Positions 1 through 10,748 of a stretch of DNA of 20,000 bases are shown here, in pieces. How positions within the stretch are numbered: position 1 is the first letter of the stretch; the number at the start of each line of letters is the position of its first letter. The notes beneath the pieces are model-generated. The model worked only from the letters and a program-made list of their open reading frames with translations, had not been told where the DNA came from and searched no databases. This DNA is from Priapulus caudatus (Eukaryota). Location of the stretch: assembly GCF_000485595.1 (NCBI RefSeq), contig NW_014577087.1, positions 135,634 through 155,633 of the forward strand, given 5' to 3'. A program made the translations under genes and the position numbers.

Positions 1-720
1 TCGTCGCCGCCGCCGTGAGGTGTTCAGACAGCAGCGGTTACGAATGCGTTGCTAGTGGCAGCGCCAGCGGCAACAGCAGTGACAATGGCCGTGACTGTGG
101 CGAGTGCCTTGTTGCAGCAACCCTCTAATGAGTTCATCAGGCCATCAGTTTGAGCGTCGTTTGCATGCACATCGCCCGTCTACTGGGATTCCCATGTCCG
201 CTCGGAAATTCCTTGCAAGTTACTTAAACCATTTAGTTCGCAGTGCGTCGTAACAACCGACCATTTCGTCTGCGATGCAGTTAGATTGCACAAGCGGCCG
301 CTCGTCATTCAGGCCGCACGTCGTTTCCCGAACCTACGAGAATGAAACGCTGCGACGAAAAAAACGCGTTCGTTCATCGATGGTCTTATAGATGGCGCGA
401 CTGTTCTACTGCTATTGACACGGCGGGCTGGGCGTGTTTGTTGACTTCCGCCGGGAGAAGTTATCCGCATTTGTTTGCGAAGTGAATTTAATTTGCCAGT
501 CATCTAACTTACTCTCGAGGGCCGGCGAGCGTTAGGCGCTGAACAAACAGATTGCGGCGCTTGAAGAAACAGCTATCTCTCGCGTCGTCGCGCCGGCATC
601 CATAAAACACCGCGAGAGAATCCATGAATTGAGAGGGTGCTGGAGATCTTTCTCGCAGACAAACAAACACACGCGCCTACACTCGCGCACGCGCACATAC
701 GCGCGCGGCAGCACAGACAT

Positions 721-721
<1 letters not shown>

Positions 722-812
<91 letters not shown>
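722..812. repeat. (CA)n microsatellite running into an assembly gap
   Basis: Perfect CA dinucleotide run up to the Ns at 813. Confidence 0.98.
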
Positions 813-1731
813 NNNNNNNNNNNNNNNNNNNNNNNNNNNNNNNNNNNNNNNNNNNNNNNNNNNNNNNNNNNNNNNNNNNNNNNNNNNNNNNNNNNNNNNN
901 NNNNNNNNNNNNNNNNNNNNNNNNNNNNNNNNNNNNNNNNNNNNNNNNNNNNNNNNNNNNNNNNNNNNNNNNNNNNNNNNNNNNNNNNNNNNNNNNNNNN
1001 NNNNNNNNNNNNNNNNNNNNNNNNNNNNNNNNNNNNNNNNNNNNNNNNNNNNNNNNNNNNNNNNNNNNNNNNNNNNNNNNNNNNNNNNNNNNNNNNNNNN
1101 NNNNNNNNNNNNNNNNNNNNNNNNNNNNNNNNNNNNNNNNNNNNNNNNNNNNNNNNNNNNNNNNNNNNNNNNNNNNNNNNNNNNNNNNNNNNNNNNNNNN
1201 NNNNNNNNNNNNNNNNNNNNNNNNNNNNNNNNNNNNNNNNNNNNNNNNNNNNNNNNNNNNNNNNNNNNNNNNNNNNNNNNNNNNNNNNNNNNNNNNNNNN
1301 NNNNNNNNNNNNNNNNNNNNNNNNNNNNNNNNNNNNNNNNNNNNNNNNNNNNNNNNNNNNNNNNNNNNNNNNNNNNNNNNNNNNNNNNNNNNNNNNNNNN
1401 NNNNNNNNNNNNNNNNNNNNNNNNNNNNNNNNNNNNNNNNNNNNNNNNNNNNNNNNNNNNNNNNNNNNNNNNNNNNNNNNNNNNNNNNNNNNNNNNNNNN
1501 NNNNNNNNNNNNNNNNNNNNNNNNNNNNNNNNNNNNNNNNNNNNNNNNNNNNNNNNNNNNNNNNNNNNNNNNNNNNNNNNNNNNNNNNNNNNNNNNNNNN
1601 NNNNNNNNNNNNNNNNNNNNNNNNNNNNNNNNNNNNNNNNNNNNNNNNNNNNNNNNNNNNNNNNNNNNNNNNNNNNNNNNNNNNNNNNNNNNNNNNNNNN
1701 NNNNNNNNNNNNNNNNNNNNNNNNNNNNNNN
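813..1731. other. Assembly gap (N run)
   Basis: Continuous Ns. Confidence 1.
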
Positions 1732-2759
1732 ATATTTATATATATATGTGCGAGTTTATCATTTATCACTAAGCATGCTTACATGAGCCCAAGTTTAGTT
1801 TATGTCTATTTAAAACGCGATAAAACGGTGGGCAGAATGACAGATGACTAGCATGAATGGATGAGAGCTAGGAAATCATTCGGTTAGGAAGTGCGTGCGA
1901 ACATTATGCAAAGAAGCATCGATTATATTTATGGAACGGGGTCCGTTTCCAGTTTCCCGAGTACAAATACGTCAATTCCAAGTTCCGCATCACATTCTTT
2001 TATATGTATAGTGATTGTGATTCGCTCTTGGATCATGGTCAAAGTTAAGATATGGTATAGGGCTATTGTTAAAGGGTCTAAGCTGCATGACTTTACGCAG
2101 CATCACATTTCAACTATAATTCAATTATTTCCAACGCAGTCTATATGTTTACGTGATTATCACATGCATACACATCGTGTGAACCATACGCTTGTGAAAT
2201 AGTGACACGTACATTCACGTGCCGGATTGTCACACACAAACATGCAGTTTATGCGAAATCCAGCCGTAACGCGTTAAAACTGAGAGATACATGCCGTGTT
2301 CGTAGAGTATTTATAATGGACAGGCGCTTATTTCGCACAGAACTAGTTGCATGTTATGTTCAGACGTATATTATTATGCGGCGTTCAGCGGGCGTCTATA
2401 GCGTAACACGGATTCATCATCTGTCACCGAGAATTTATGAATATTCATTATCCTCGGCCATCATTAAACGATGGACGTTATTTCAACAATAGCGCTCGCC
2501 ATCGATTCCTCTTAAATCTATTCAGCGGCGGAGCGAGATAAAACGCGCGGCTACGTAATGCATTTACGGGCCTCGGTTATTATTATATGTCATGATAGTT
2601 AGTGCGCAGTTTGTTCATTGAAACTGACCTGCGGGACTGACGCGTTATAGAGATCGATGTTCTTCTAGAGATACACTTGAAGTGCTCCGAGCGGGCAAAA
2701 CACAACTACAGCGGTGCGGCGGGCGTCCGGCTGCACCGAGACAGAAAGTTTGGCGCGCA

Positions 2760-2962
2760 GGCCCAAGGATAGAGAACATGGGTCCCAAAAAAACCAATGT
2801 GCCTAACCCTAACCCAAACCCTAATTCTAACCCTAACCCTAATCCTAACCCTAACCCTAACCCTAACCATAACCCTAACCTATTATATTGATATAATATT
2901 ATATTTATATTGATGTAAATGACATTGATTTTATTGGGACCCATGTTCTCTATCCTTGAACC
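2760..2962. mobile_element. Non-autonomous TIR DNA transposon (MITE) with telomeric-repeat core
   Basis: Left arm 2760-2800 GGCCCAAGGATAGAGAACATGGGTCCCAAAAAAACCAATGT matches the reverse complement of 2922-2962 (GGTTCAAGGATAGAGAACATGGGTCCCAATAAAATCAATGT) at 37/41 positions. Direct repeat GGCGCGCA flanks it at 2752-2759 and 2963-2970 (candidate 8-bp TSD). No coding capacity. Confidence 0.88.
2802..2880 (-). repeat. Interstitial (TTAGGG)n telomere-type array, ~13 units with variants, inside the MITE
   Basis: CCCTAA repeats on the + strand with variants CCCAAA, TTCTAA, TCCTAA and CCATAA. Confidence 0.95.
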
Positions 2963-2985
2963 GGCGCGCATGCAGAGATCACTTA

Positions 2986-3274
2986 AGATAGTATAGATAG
3001 TATAGATAGCATAGATAGTATAGATAGTATAGATAGTATAGATAGTATAGATAGCATAGATAGTATAGATAGCATAGATAGTATAGATAGCATAGATAGT
3101 ATAGATAGTATAGATAGTATAGATAGCATAGATAGTATAGATAGCATAGATAGTATAGATAGCATAGATAGTATAGATAGTATAGATAGTATAGATAGCA
3201 TAGATAGCATAGATAGTATAGATAGTATAGATAGTATAGATAGTATAGATAGTATAGATAGTATAGATAGTATA
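2986..3274. repeat. 9-bp tandem repeat (ATAGATAGT/ATAGATAGC)n, clean block
   Basis: Two unit variants interspersed with essentially no indels; ends at a 10-N gap (3275-3284). Confidence 0.97.
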
Positions 3275-3284
3275 NNNNNNNNNN

Positions 3285-3402
3285 CCCTAACCCTAACCCT
3301 AACCCTAACCATAACCCTAACCTATTATATTGATATAATATTATATTTATATTGATATAAATGACATTGGAGATTTGGGACCCATGTTCTCTATCCTGAA
3401 CC
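3285..3402. mobile_element. Second, partial copy of the telomeric-repeat MITE (core plus right TIR) with the same right flank
   Basis: CCCTAA repeats, the AT-rich spacer and TTGGGACCCATGTTCTCTATCCTGAACC, then GGCGCGCATGCAG(A)AGATCAC(C)TTAAGATAG as at 2963-2991. Probably a redundant overlap across the 10-N gap. Confidence 0.8.
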
Positions 3403-3427
3403 GGCGCGCATGCAGAAGATCACCTTA

Positions 3428-5050
3428 AGATAGATAGATAGTAAGATATGAGCATAGAAGTATTAGATAGTATAGATAGTAATTAGATAGTAAGGATAGC
3501 ATAGATAGTATAGATAGCATTAGATAGTATAGATACAAGATATATAGATAGTATATGATTAGTATAGATATGCATAGATAGTAATAGATAGCATAGATAG
3601 TAATAGTATAGCATAGATAGTATAGAGTTAGTATAGATAGTATAGATACATAGATAGCATAGATAGTATAGATAGTATAGATAAGTATAGATAGTATAAT
3701 GATAGTATAGATAGTATAGATAGTATAGATAGTATAGATAGGTATAGATAGTTATAGATAGTATAGATAGTTAGTAGCATAGATAGTATAGATAGCATAG
3801 ATAGTAAAGATATGCATAAGATAGTATAAGATACATAGATTAGTATAGATATGTATAGATAGTAATAGATAGTAAAGATAGTAAGATAGTATAGATAGCA
3901 TAGATAGTATAATAGATAGCATAGATAGCAATAGATAAGTATTAGAATAGTATAGATAGTATAGATAGCATAGATTAGTATAGATACATAGGATAGTATA
4001 GATAGCATAGATATGTATAGATAGCCAATAGGATAGTATAGATAGTATAGATAGCATAGATAGTAGATAGATACATAGAGATAAGTATAGGATAAGCATA
4101 AGATAGCCAATAGATAGTATAATAGCATTAGATAGCAATAGATGTATAGATATATAGATACATAGATAGTATAGATAAGCATAGATAGTATAGATAGATA
4201 GATAGCATAGATAGTATAGATAGTACATAGATAGTATAGATAGTACAGATGTATAGATAGTATAGATAGCATAGATGTTATAGATAGCAATAGTTAGTAT
4301 AGATAGCATAGAGATAGTATAGGATAGCATAAGCATATATAGATAGTATAGATAGTATAGATAGTATAGATAGCAATAGATAGTATAGATAGCATAGTAG
4401 CTATAGATACATTAGATAGCAATAGATAGTATAGATGTATAGATATGCAATAGAAGTAGGCATAGATAGTATATAGATAGGCATAGTAGTATACGATAGC
4501 AATATGATAGTAATAGATAGCATAGATAGTAATATGATAGTATAATACAATAGATAGTATAGATAGCATGAGATAGTATAGATGAGCATAGATAGCATTA
4601 GATAGTAATAAGATAGTATAGATAGCATAGATAGTATAGATAGTATATGATTAGCATAGATAGTAAATAGATAGCAGTAGATAGTAAAGATAGCATAGAT
4701 AGCGATAGATAGTATATGATAGTATAGATAATATAGATAGTAATAGATAGCATAGGATAGTATAGATAGTAATATGATAGCAAACTAGAACATAGTATAG
4801 ATAGGCATAGATAGTATAGATAGTAATAGATAGTATACGATAGTATAGGATAGTAATAGATAGTACTAGATACGCATAGATAGTATAGATAGCAATAGAT
4901 AAAGTATAGATAGTATAGAAGCATAGAAGTAATAGATAGCATAGATTAGTAATAGAAGTAATAAAGATAGTATTAGATAGTATAGATAGCAAGATAGTAT
5001 ATGATAGTATAGATAGTATAGATAGTATAGATAGCATAGATAGTATAGAT
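3428..5050. repeat. 9-bp satellite (ATAGATAGT/C)n, long indel-rich block
   Basis: Same unit as 2986-3274 with many 1-2 bp indels; ends ...TAGTATAGAT at 5050. Confidence 0.95.
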
Positions 5051-5189
5051 ACGAATCAGAGCGATCGCATTTCCCTAATCGCGCACGATATTGGCTTGGC
5101 GATCGTAGAGTTTGGAGGCATGTTTCGGTGCAATTTTGCAGAGATGCAGCTAAACGTGCATGCGTGTTCTCATTCGTTTGGGTGTCAGA

Positions 5190-5482
5190 GAAGGGAGCGA
5201 GACGGATGAAGAGAGAGAAGGAAGTGGGATAGAGAGATAGAGAGAGCGAGACATGGAAAGAGAAAGCGAGAATGAGATAGAAAGAAAGAGAGAGAGAAAG
5301 AATGAGAGAGCCCGAGACAGATAGATATAGCGATAGCGAGAGAGAGAGAGAGGGGGAGAGAAAGAGTGGGAGAGAGAGATAGAGAGAGAGAGATGACCGA
5401 AGGGAGAGAGAGTAGAGAGAGGAGGCGGAGAGAGCAAGAGAAGAGAGAGAGAATAGATTAGAAAGAGAGAGACGAGAGAGAG

Positions 5483-5516
<34 letters not shown>

Positions 5517-5537
5517 AGGAGAGAGAGATAGACGAGC

Positions 5538-5574
<37 letters not shown>

Positions 5575-5744
5575 AAGAGAGAGAGGGAGGGTCGAGAGAG
5601 AGCGAGAGAGAGGCGAGAGAGAGGTGTGTGTGTGAGAGAGAAGAGAGAGCCCGAGTACAGATAGATATATTCGATAGCTGAGAGAGAGAGAGAGAGAGAG
5701 AGAGGAAAAGAGAGAGAGAGAAAGACGAGAGTAGAGAGAAAGAG

Positions 5745-5776
<32 letters not shown>

Positions 5777-5903
5777 AAGTGAAAGGAGAGAGAGATAGAG
5801 AAGAGAGAGAGAGAGAGAAGAGAGAAGAGAGAGAGAGAAGGGGAGAGAGAGAGCGAGAGAGGAAAGAAAAGAAGAGCCCGAGACCGATAGATATATCGAT
5901 AAA

Positions 5904-5949
<46 letters not shown>

Positions 5950-6196
5950 AAGAGAGAGAAAAGAGCAGAGAGAGGGAGAGAGAGAGAGAGAGAGGGAGAG
6001 AGAGAGAGAGAGGGGGGGAAAGGAAGAGAGGGATGAGAGAGAGAGAGAGAAGAGAGTAGAGAAGAGAGAAAGAGCGAGAGAGAGAAGCGCGCGATAGAGA
6101 GAGAAGAGAGAGAGGACTAGAGAGAGAGAGAGATAGAGAGAGAGACAAGAGAGGGAGAAAGACAGGAGCGAGAGAGAAAGGGAGAGAGATGATGAT

Positions 6197-6229
<33 letters not shown>

Positions 6230-6450
6230 CAGATGAGAAGGAGAGAGAGGGATGGAAAGAGAGAGGAGAGAGGATGGAGAGAAGAGAGAGAGAGAAGAGG
6301 CGGGCTGAATGGGAGAGGTAGAGAGAGAAGGAGAGGATGAAAGAGCGAGAGGAGAGAGAGAGAAGAGCGCGCGCGCGAACAAGCGATTGGAGTGAGAGAG
6401 CGAGTGAAGGGAGAGGGAGAGGAGAGAGCGAGAGCGAGAGAGAGAGAAGC
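5190..6450. repeat. Degenerate (GA)n polypurine tract, ~1.25 kb
   Basis: Nearly all purine on the + strand, with interrupted AG runs. Confidence 0.95.
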
Positions 6451-7948
6451 GTGAGGAATGATGTAGCTAGCGCAAATAACGGGTGCTTGTCAGACGCGAT
6501 GAATATATGCAAATCACGGCATATAGCTAACAGGAGAGTGATCGTTGTTATACGTGGGTCGAAGTCACGGTAGCTCATTAGCGAATTCGTATTCGTGACC
6601 ACGAACATCTATTAGTTCATTAGTTCGGAGTCGGTCCGTCAGGGTTTCGTCAACACATATGCCACACTACATCCTTACGACGATATATATACTCAGCAGC
6701 TGCAATTCTCCTTCTCTCCGCAAACAAATCTAATTAGACTTGGAATTTCCACACAATTATCGTCTCGCTTTATCTGGTAATAAGGCTTTAATTTTCAATT
6801 AAACGGCTTCCTTAATTAGTCTCATGTATTTTACAATGTTTCCAGAGTGTGCGAGTCGCTGATAACCCCCTGATCAACGAGAGAGAATGTTGTTGTCGAA
6901 GAATTAGATCGTCCTTCCCGCGTGCGACGCACCGTAGCGACGCACTCGCATGCGTCCGCAAACAAACTAATCCCAACTAAAAAGATAGTGTTCAATTAAG
7001 TTGGGACTTTGGCGTGGATTTATTTAAACTCAATGACAACGACGATCGGATCTACAAACCTCTATGTATCCAGCTACAAACCCCGCGGTGACGTATGAAA
7101 GATTTTCTCTGTGGTAGCAATGCTCAATTTGTCGTTACGGTGCTTGATATTTTCGGCAGGATTAAGGTAAAATCCGAAGCGCGACATTGATTGGGGTAGG
7201 AAAGGAGGGAGGCAAAACAATTCGGAGAGATTGAGACTCGAATAAACCCGTAATGATATTAGTGAGAAGGCCAATACATGCCTTACATCTGTCTAGTCAT
7301 CGACAGCCAATCTCTTCCGTAGATTTCACAGAAGTTTGTAAGCATTGCGAAACATCATCAATCATTCGTGCCTGACACGACTAATAGAGAAACGGCACCG
7401 AAGCGCGCTATTCAAGCGATGAATTGGAGATAGTTTCTCCCCCTTGAGAAAGAAAAACTGTGCAGTTATTTATGGGCGACGATGCACATTACGAAGGCTT
7501 GTGCCCGCCATTCGCTGTCAATTTTTGAAAATGCGCATGGAATCGTCTCTTTTGCACACAGGGTACTCGGTATAGGTGAACGCGTTTAGTAAAGCCGTAA
7601 ATGGCTGCATGAGATCTTCGAGTTTCAAAGGATGACGTCAGATGTATCAGGGAGGCTATTTTAGTGAAAACCGAAGTACCTCTGGCCAGCGACAGCATCT
7701 ACTTGTGAGGTAAACACAACTGGTAGATTAGGTAGGGGAATGCGAAAAACCATTAGGTATTGGTATATGTGGCGCTTAGAATTTCGTTGTACACACCACT
7801 GGTCGCCGGCATATCGCTAAAGAATCGAGCGCGAAATCCTTGGACGAGATATCAATGGAACAGGTGTGAACGTAGAGGACAGACGCACGCAATACCTGAC
7901 AAAGCTCCCAGGCCCCCATTACACCGCTGCTACCATTGAATGCAGCTG

Positions 7949-7949
<1 letters not shown>

Positions 7950-7988
<39 letters not shown>

Positions 7989-8208
7989 ATGAGAGAGAGG
8001 GTGAGTGGGGTGAAGAAGGATAAAGGGAGAAGAAAAGAATAGAGTGCGAGAGAGGATAGGGAAAGAGGGAGAACGAGAGAGAAGGAGAGAATGGAGAGGA
8101 GATGGGAAGAGCGGGATAGTGATGGCGAGAGGAAGAGAGCAAGCGGGCGAGAGAGTAAAGTAGAGATAGCGCGCGCACGAGAGAGAGAGAGAACGAGGAA
8201 GAGACAGT

Positions 8209-8280
<72 letters not shown>

Positions 8281-8325
8281 AAGAGAGACAGACAGACAGA
8301 CAGACACACAGACAGACGGATACAC

Positions 8326-8360
<35 letters not shown>

Positions 8361-8410
8361 CAAACAGACAGACAGTCAGGCAGATAGTCAGAAGAAAGAT
8401 AGAGGCGGAC

Positions 8411-8442
<32 letters not shown>

Positions 8443-8462
8443 CGAGGGAACGAGAGAGAGCG

Positions 8463-8508
<46 letters not shown>

Positions 8509-8532
8509 CGAGAAGAGAGAGAAGAGAGAGAT

Positions 8533-8580
<48 letters not shown>

Positions 8581-8610
8581 AGAGAGAGACAGAGGGGGAG
8601 AGGGAGGAGG
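7950..8610. repeat. Compound microsatellite: (GA)n / (GACA)n / (GA)n
   Basis: GA runs flank a GACA tetranucleotide block at ~8202-8375. Confidence 0.95.
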
Positions 8611-8756
8611 ATTGGGATCGAAGACGCCCCTCCGGCTGCAGTCACCCGTCGTCGTAAGAGAGCTCGCGAGAGGTTTTTCGTTGGCTGATGCTTGGTCGGC
8701 GCGCACGGGGCATCGTATTGTCGGAGCGCCGCCAGAATATACAGCCGTGGGGGAAG

Positions 8757-9138
8757 CGGTTAAGCACTCGTTCACATGTCTCAAAAGGACGACGCTACGT
8801 GGCAGCACAGTCTTAGCATTAGCGTTTCGTTCTGGCGTAGCAGTCACTTCCTGAGTCGGAGTAACCAATGTGCCTAACCCTAACCTAAACCCTAACCCTA
8901 ATCCTAACCCTAACCATAACCCTAACCTATTATATTGATATAAATTATATTTATATTGATGTAAATGACATTGGTTCACATTGGGATACATGTTCTCTAT
9001 CCTTGAACCGAAACGCCTATGAACTGAACTATGGCGAAGGAACTGGTGCTACGCTGGAGCGAGAGGTGACTAGTGCGAAGTGACGAGTGCTCCACGTAGC
9101 GGTCGTCCTTTTGAGACATGTGAAACGAGTGCTAACCG
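8757..9138. mobile_element. Foldback/MITE-type insertion with ~95-bp imperfect TIRs and 8-bp TSD GGGGGAAG
   Basis: Left end CGGTTAAGCACTCGTTCACATGTCTCAAAAGGACGACGCTACGTGGCAGCAC matches the reverse complement of the right end (CGGTTAGCACTCGTTTCACATGTCTCAAAAGGACGACCGCTACGTGGAGCAC). Weaker inverted similarity continues to ~8851/9039. GGGGGAAG lies at 8749-8756 and 9139-9146. The paralogous empty site CAGCCGT-GGGGGAAG-CGATCGCTCG is at 12081-12105. Confidence 0.93.
8863..9010. mobile_element. Third copy of the telomeric-repeat MITE, lacking most of the left TIR, nested in the foldback element
   Basis: AACCAATGTGCCTAACCC...CCATAACCCTAACCTATTATATTGAT...TTGGGATACATGTTCTCTATCCTTGAACCG matches 2792-2963 but has different flanks. 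Confidence 0.9.
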
Positions 9139-9363
9139 GGGGGAAGCGATCGCTCGCGTGAGGTTGGAGTGTGGCGTACCGAGTGCGCATGCGCAGCGTT
9201 CGACGATGACGGGCATTTTTACATCTCTCTGCGTGCATTCGGCTGGCTGTGTAAGTTCTCTCGCGGCGCGGCGAGTCGGTGTGCGGAATAACAAGGGTGG
9301 GCGGGTGATGGGATGGCTGAGGGTCGCGGGTGCACGAACCCTATTACCCATTGCAACACCGAT

Positions 9364-9405
<42 letters not shown>

Positions 9406-10368
9406 ACATACATATATAACATGCCATTCCATTCTTAGCCTCGAGATAAATCGTCTCTTATCATGAAAAAATAATGAAACTCACACACAGCATTTGGAAA
9501 ACCACCAACATATAGATCGTGCTTGAAGAAAAAATGATCGATGGGTGGGGCTTATTTTCGCGTTATATTCACAAACACACACACACACACGCACACACAC
9601 GAACGTGCACACGCGCGCGCACACACACACGAACGCACACACGCGCGCACACACACACGAACGCACCTCGCCGCTATTAAATCCTCCTCGCCTCGAATCT
9701 AGAAATCTGTGCGACGTGTGTGAAGCCTGATTTCCCGCAACGCGCGCGCCACGCCGACCGATTTCCTCCGTATGTATAAATGTCCCGCCTATTTAATCTT
9801 CGAGACACAGAACATAACTTCTCGCGCGGGCAGTCGTGTGTTGTGCGCGACGACCACCCCGGCTTGCCAGCGTTGTCGGTCTTTCGCGTATGAATGTCAG
9901 ATTTTAATTGGCATCAAGAGTGGTTTCGCTTGGCCTGGCGCGCTTTTACTATCACTTACTGTCGGCTTGCATTACGGGAACGTGTAGGTTTTGCGGCCAG
10001 ACAAAGAGTTGCCTCGCAGTCAGGCTACACTTTGTTCGGTCATCCGGCCACGGATAGCACATACGCTGCTGGTTACCAGGGCGTACCATATGAAAGTTTC
10101 ATTGCAGCTGCTCTTGCATGCGCCGTGCGTGTACGAACTTGCACGCTTGTGTGCGCGTATGTATGTACGCAACTATATGTTCAATATGCAAGTGTAACAG
10201 GGTAGATGTTTTGTTAACTACTAGTAGTTGTTAATCACCCAGTATAAATAATAAACATTTGTCTAGACTCTCGTGTATTGAACTCTTTTAATTAGACAAC
10301 AGTAGTACAATGATTATGACATACGATCATAAATAGATGGCATGAAGCCAGTGCTACATTAGTATATG

Positions 10369-10524
10369 TCACTCACTCACTCACTCACTCACCATCACAC
10401 TCACTACCACGCTCATCGCTCACGATTCAAACTCACTCACTCACTCACTCACTCACTCACTCACTCACTCACTCACTCACTCACTCACTCACTCACTCAC
10501 TCACTCACTCACTCACTCACTCAC
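10369..10524. repeat. (TCAC)n microsatellite
   Basis: Tetranucleotide run, interrupted at ~10393-10430. Confidence 0.96.
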
Positions 10525-10617
10525 TTGGGCGCTGCCCTCTCTCCTGCCCGTTTGCCCACCACTCGCTCGCTCGCTCAATCATCTACCTCCCTATGCCCCA
10601 CAGGTTGCCTAACCCTA

Positions 10618-10748
10618 CGCGCACGCACGCACGCACGCGCGCACGCACGGACACACGCACGCACGCACGTACGCACGAACACACGCACGCACGCACGCGC
10701 GCACGCACGGACACACGCACGCACGCACGTACGCACGAACACACGCAC
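10618..10748. repeat. GCAC-based repeat with a 60-bp higher-order tandem duplication
   Basis: 10625-10684 recurs at 10685-10744. Confidence 0.88.

Larger units (their letters stand above)
8606..10524 (+). repeat. Copy 1 of a local ~1.4-kb direct duplication (carries an extra 382-bp insertion)
   Basis: Colinear with 11949-13371 from GGAGGATTGG(G)ATCGAAGAC through the (TA)n and CA-rich blocks and ...GATGGCATGAAGCCAGTGCTA into (TCAC)n. Confidence 0.93.

Noticed and set aside
3..128. Possible terminal coding exon (VAAAVRCSDSSGYECVASGS...)
   Set aside because: It is a short open frame truncated by the window edge, with no recognisable homology or splice evidence.
532..1851. ORFs of 92-404 aa around the first gap (and similarly at 13289-13921 and 16236-17053)
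   Set aside because: They consist of microsatellite translation and Ns; there is no real coding information.
2802..2880. True telomere or chromosome fusion site
   Set aside because: The array is short, in one orientation, enclosed by TIRs and repeated elsewhere with the same flanks.
2983..6608. Long minus-strand ORFs (ILS/MLS repeats, Tyr/Ile-rich, Ser/Leu-rich 410 aa)
   Set aside because: They are translations of the 9-bp satellite and the GA tract, open only because of low complexity.
7930..8991. 353-aa minus-strand ORF
   Set aside because: It runs through telomeric repeats, a TIR and GA/GACA microsatellites, with no transposase or other domain motif.
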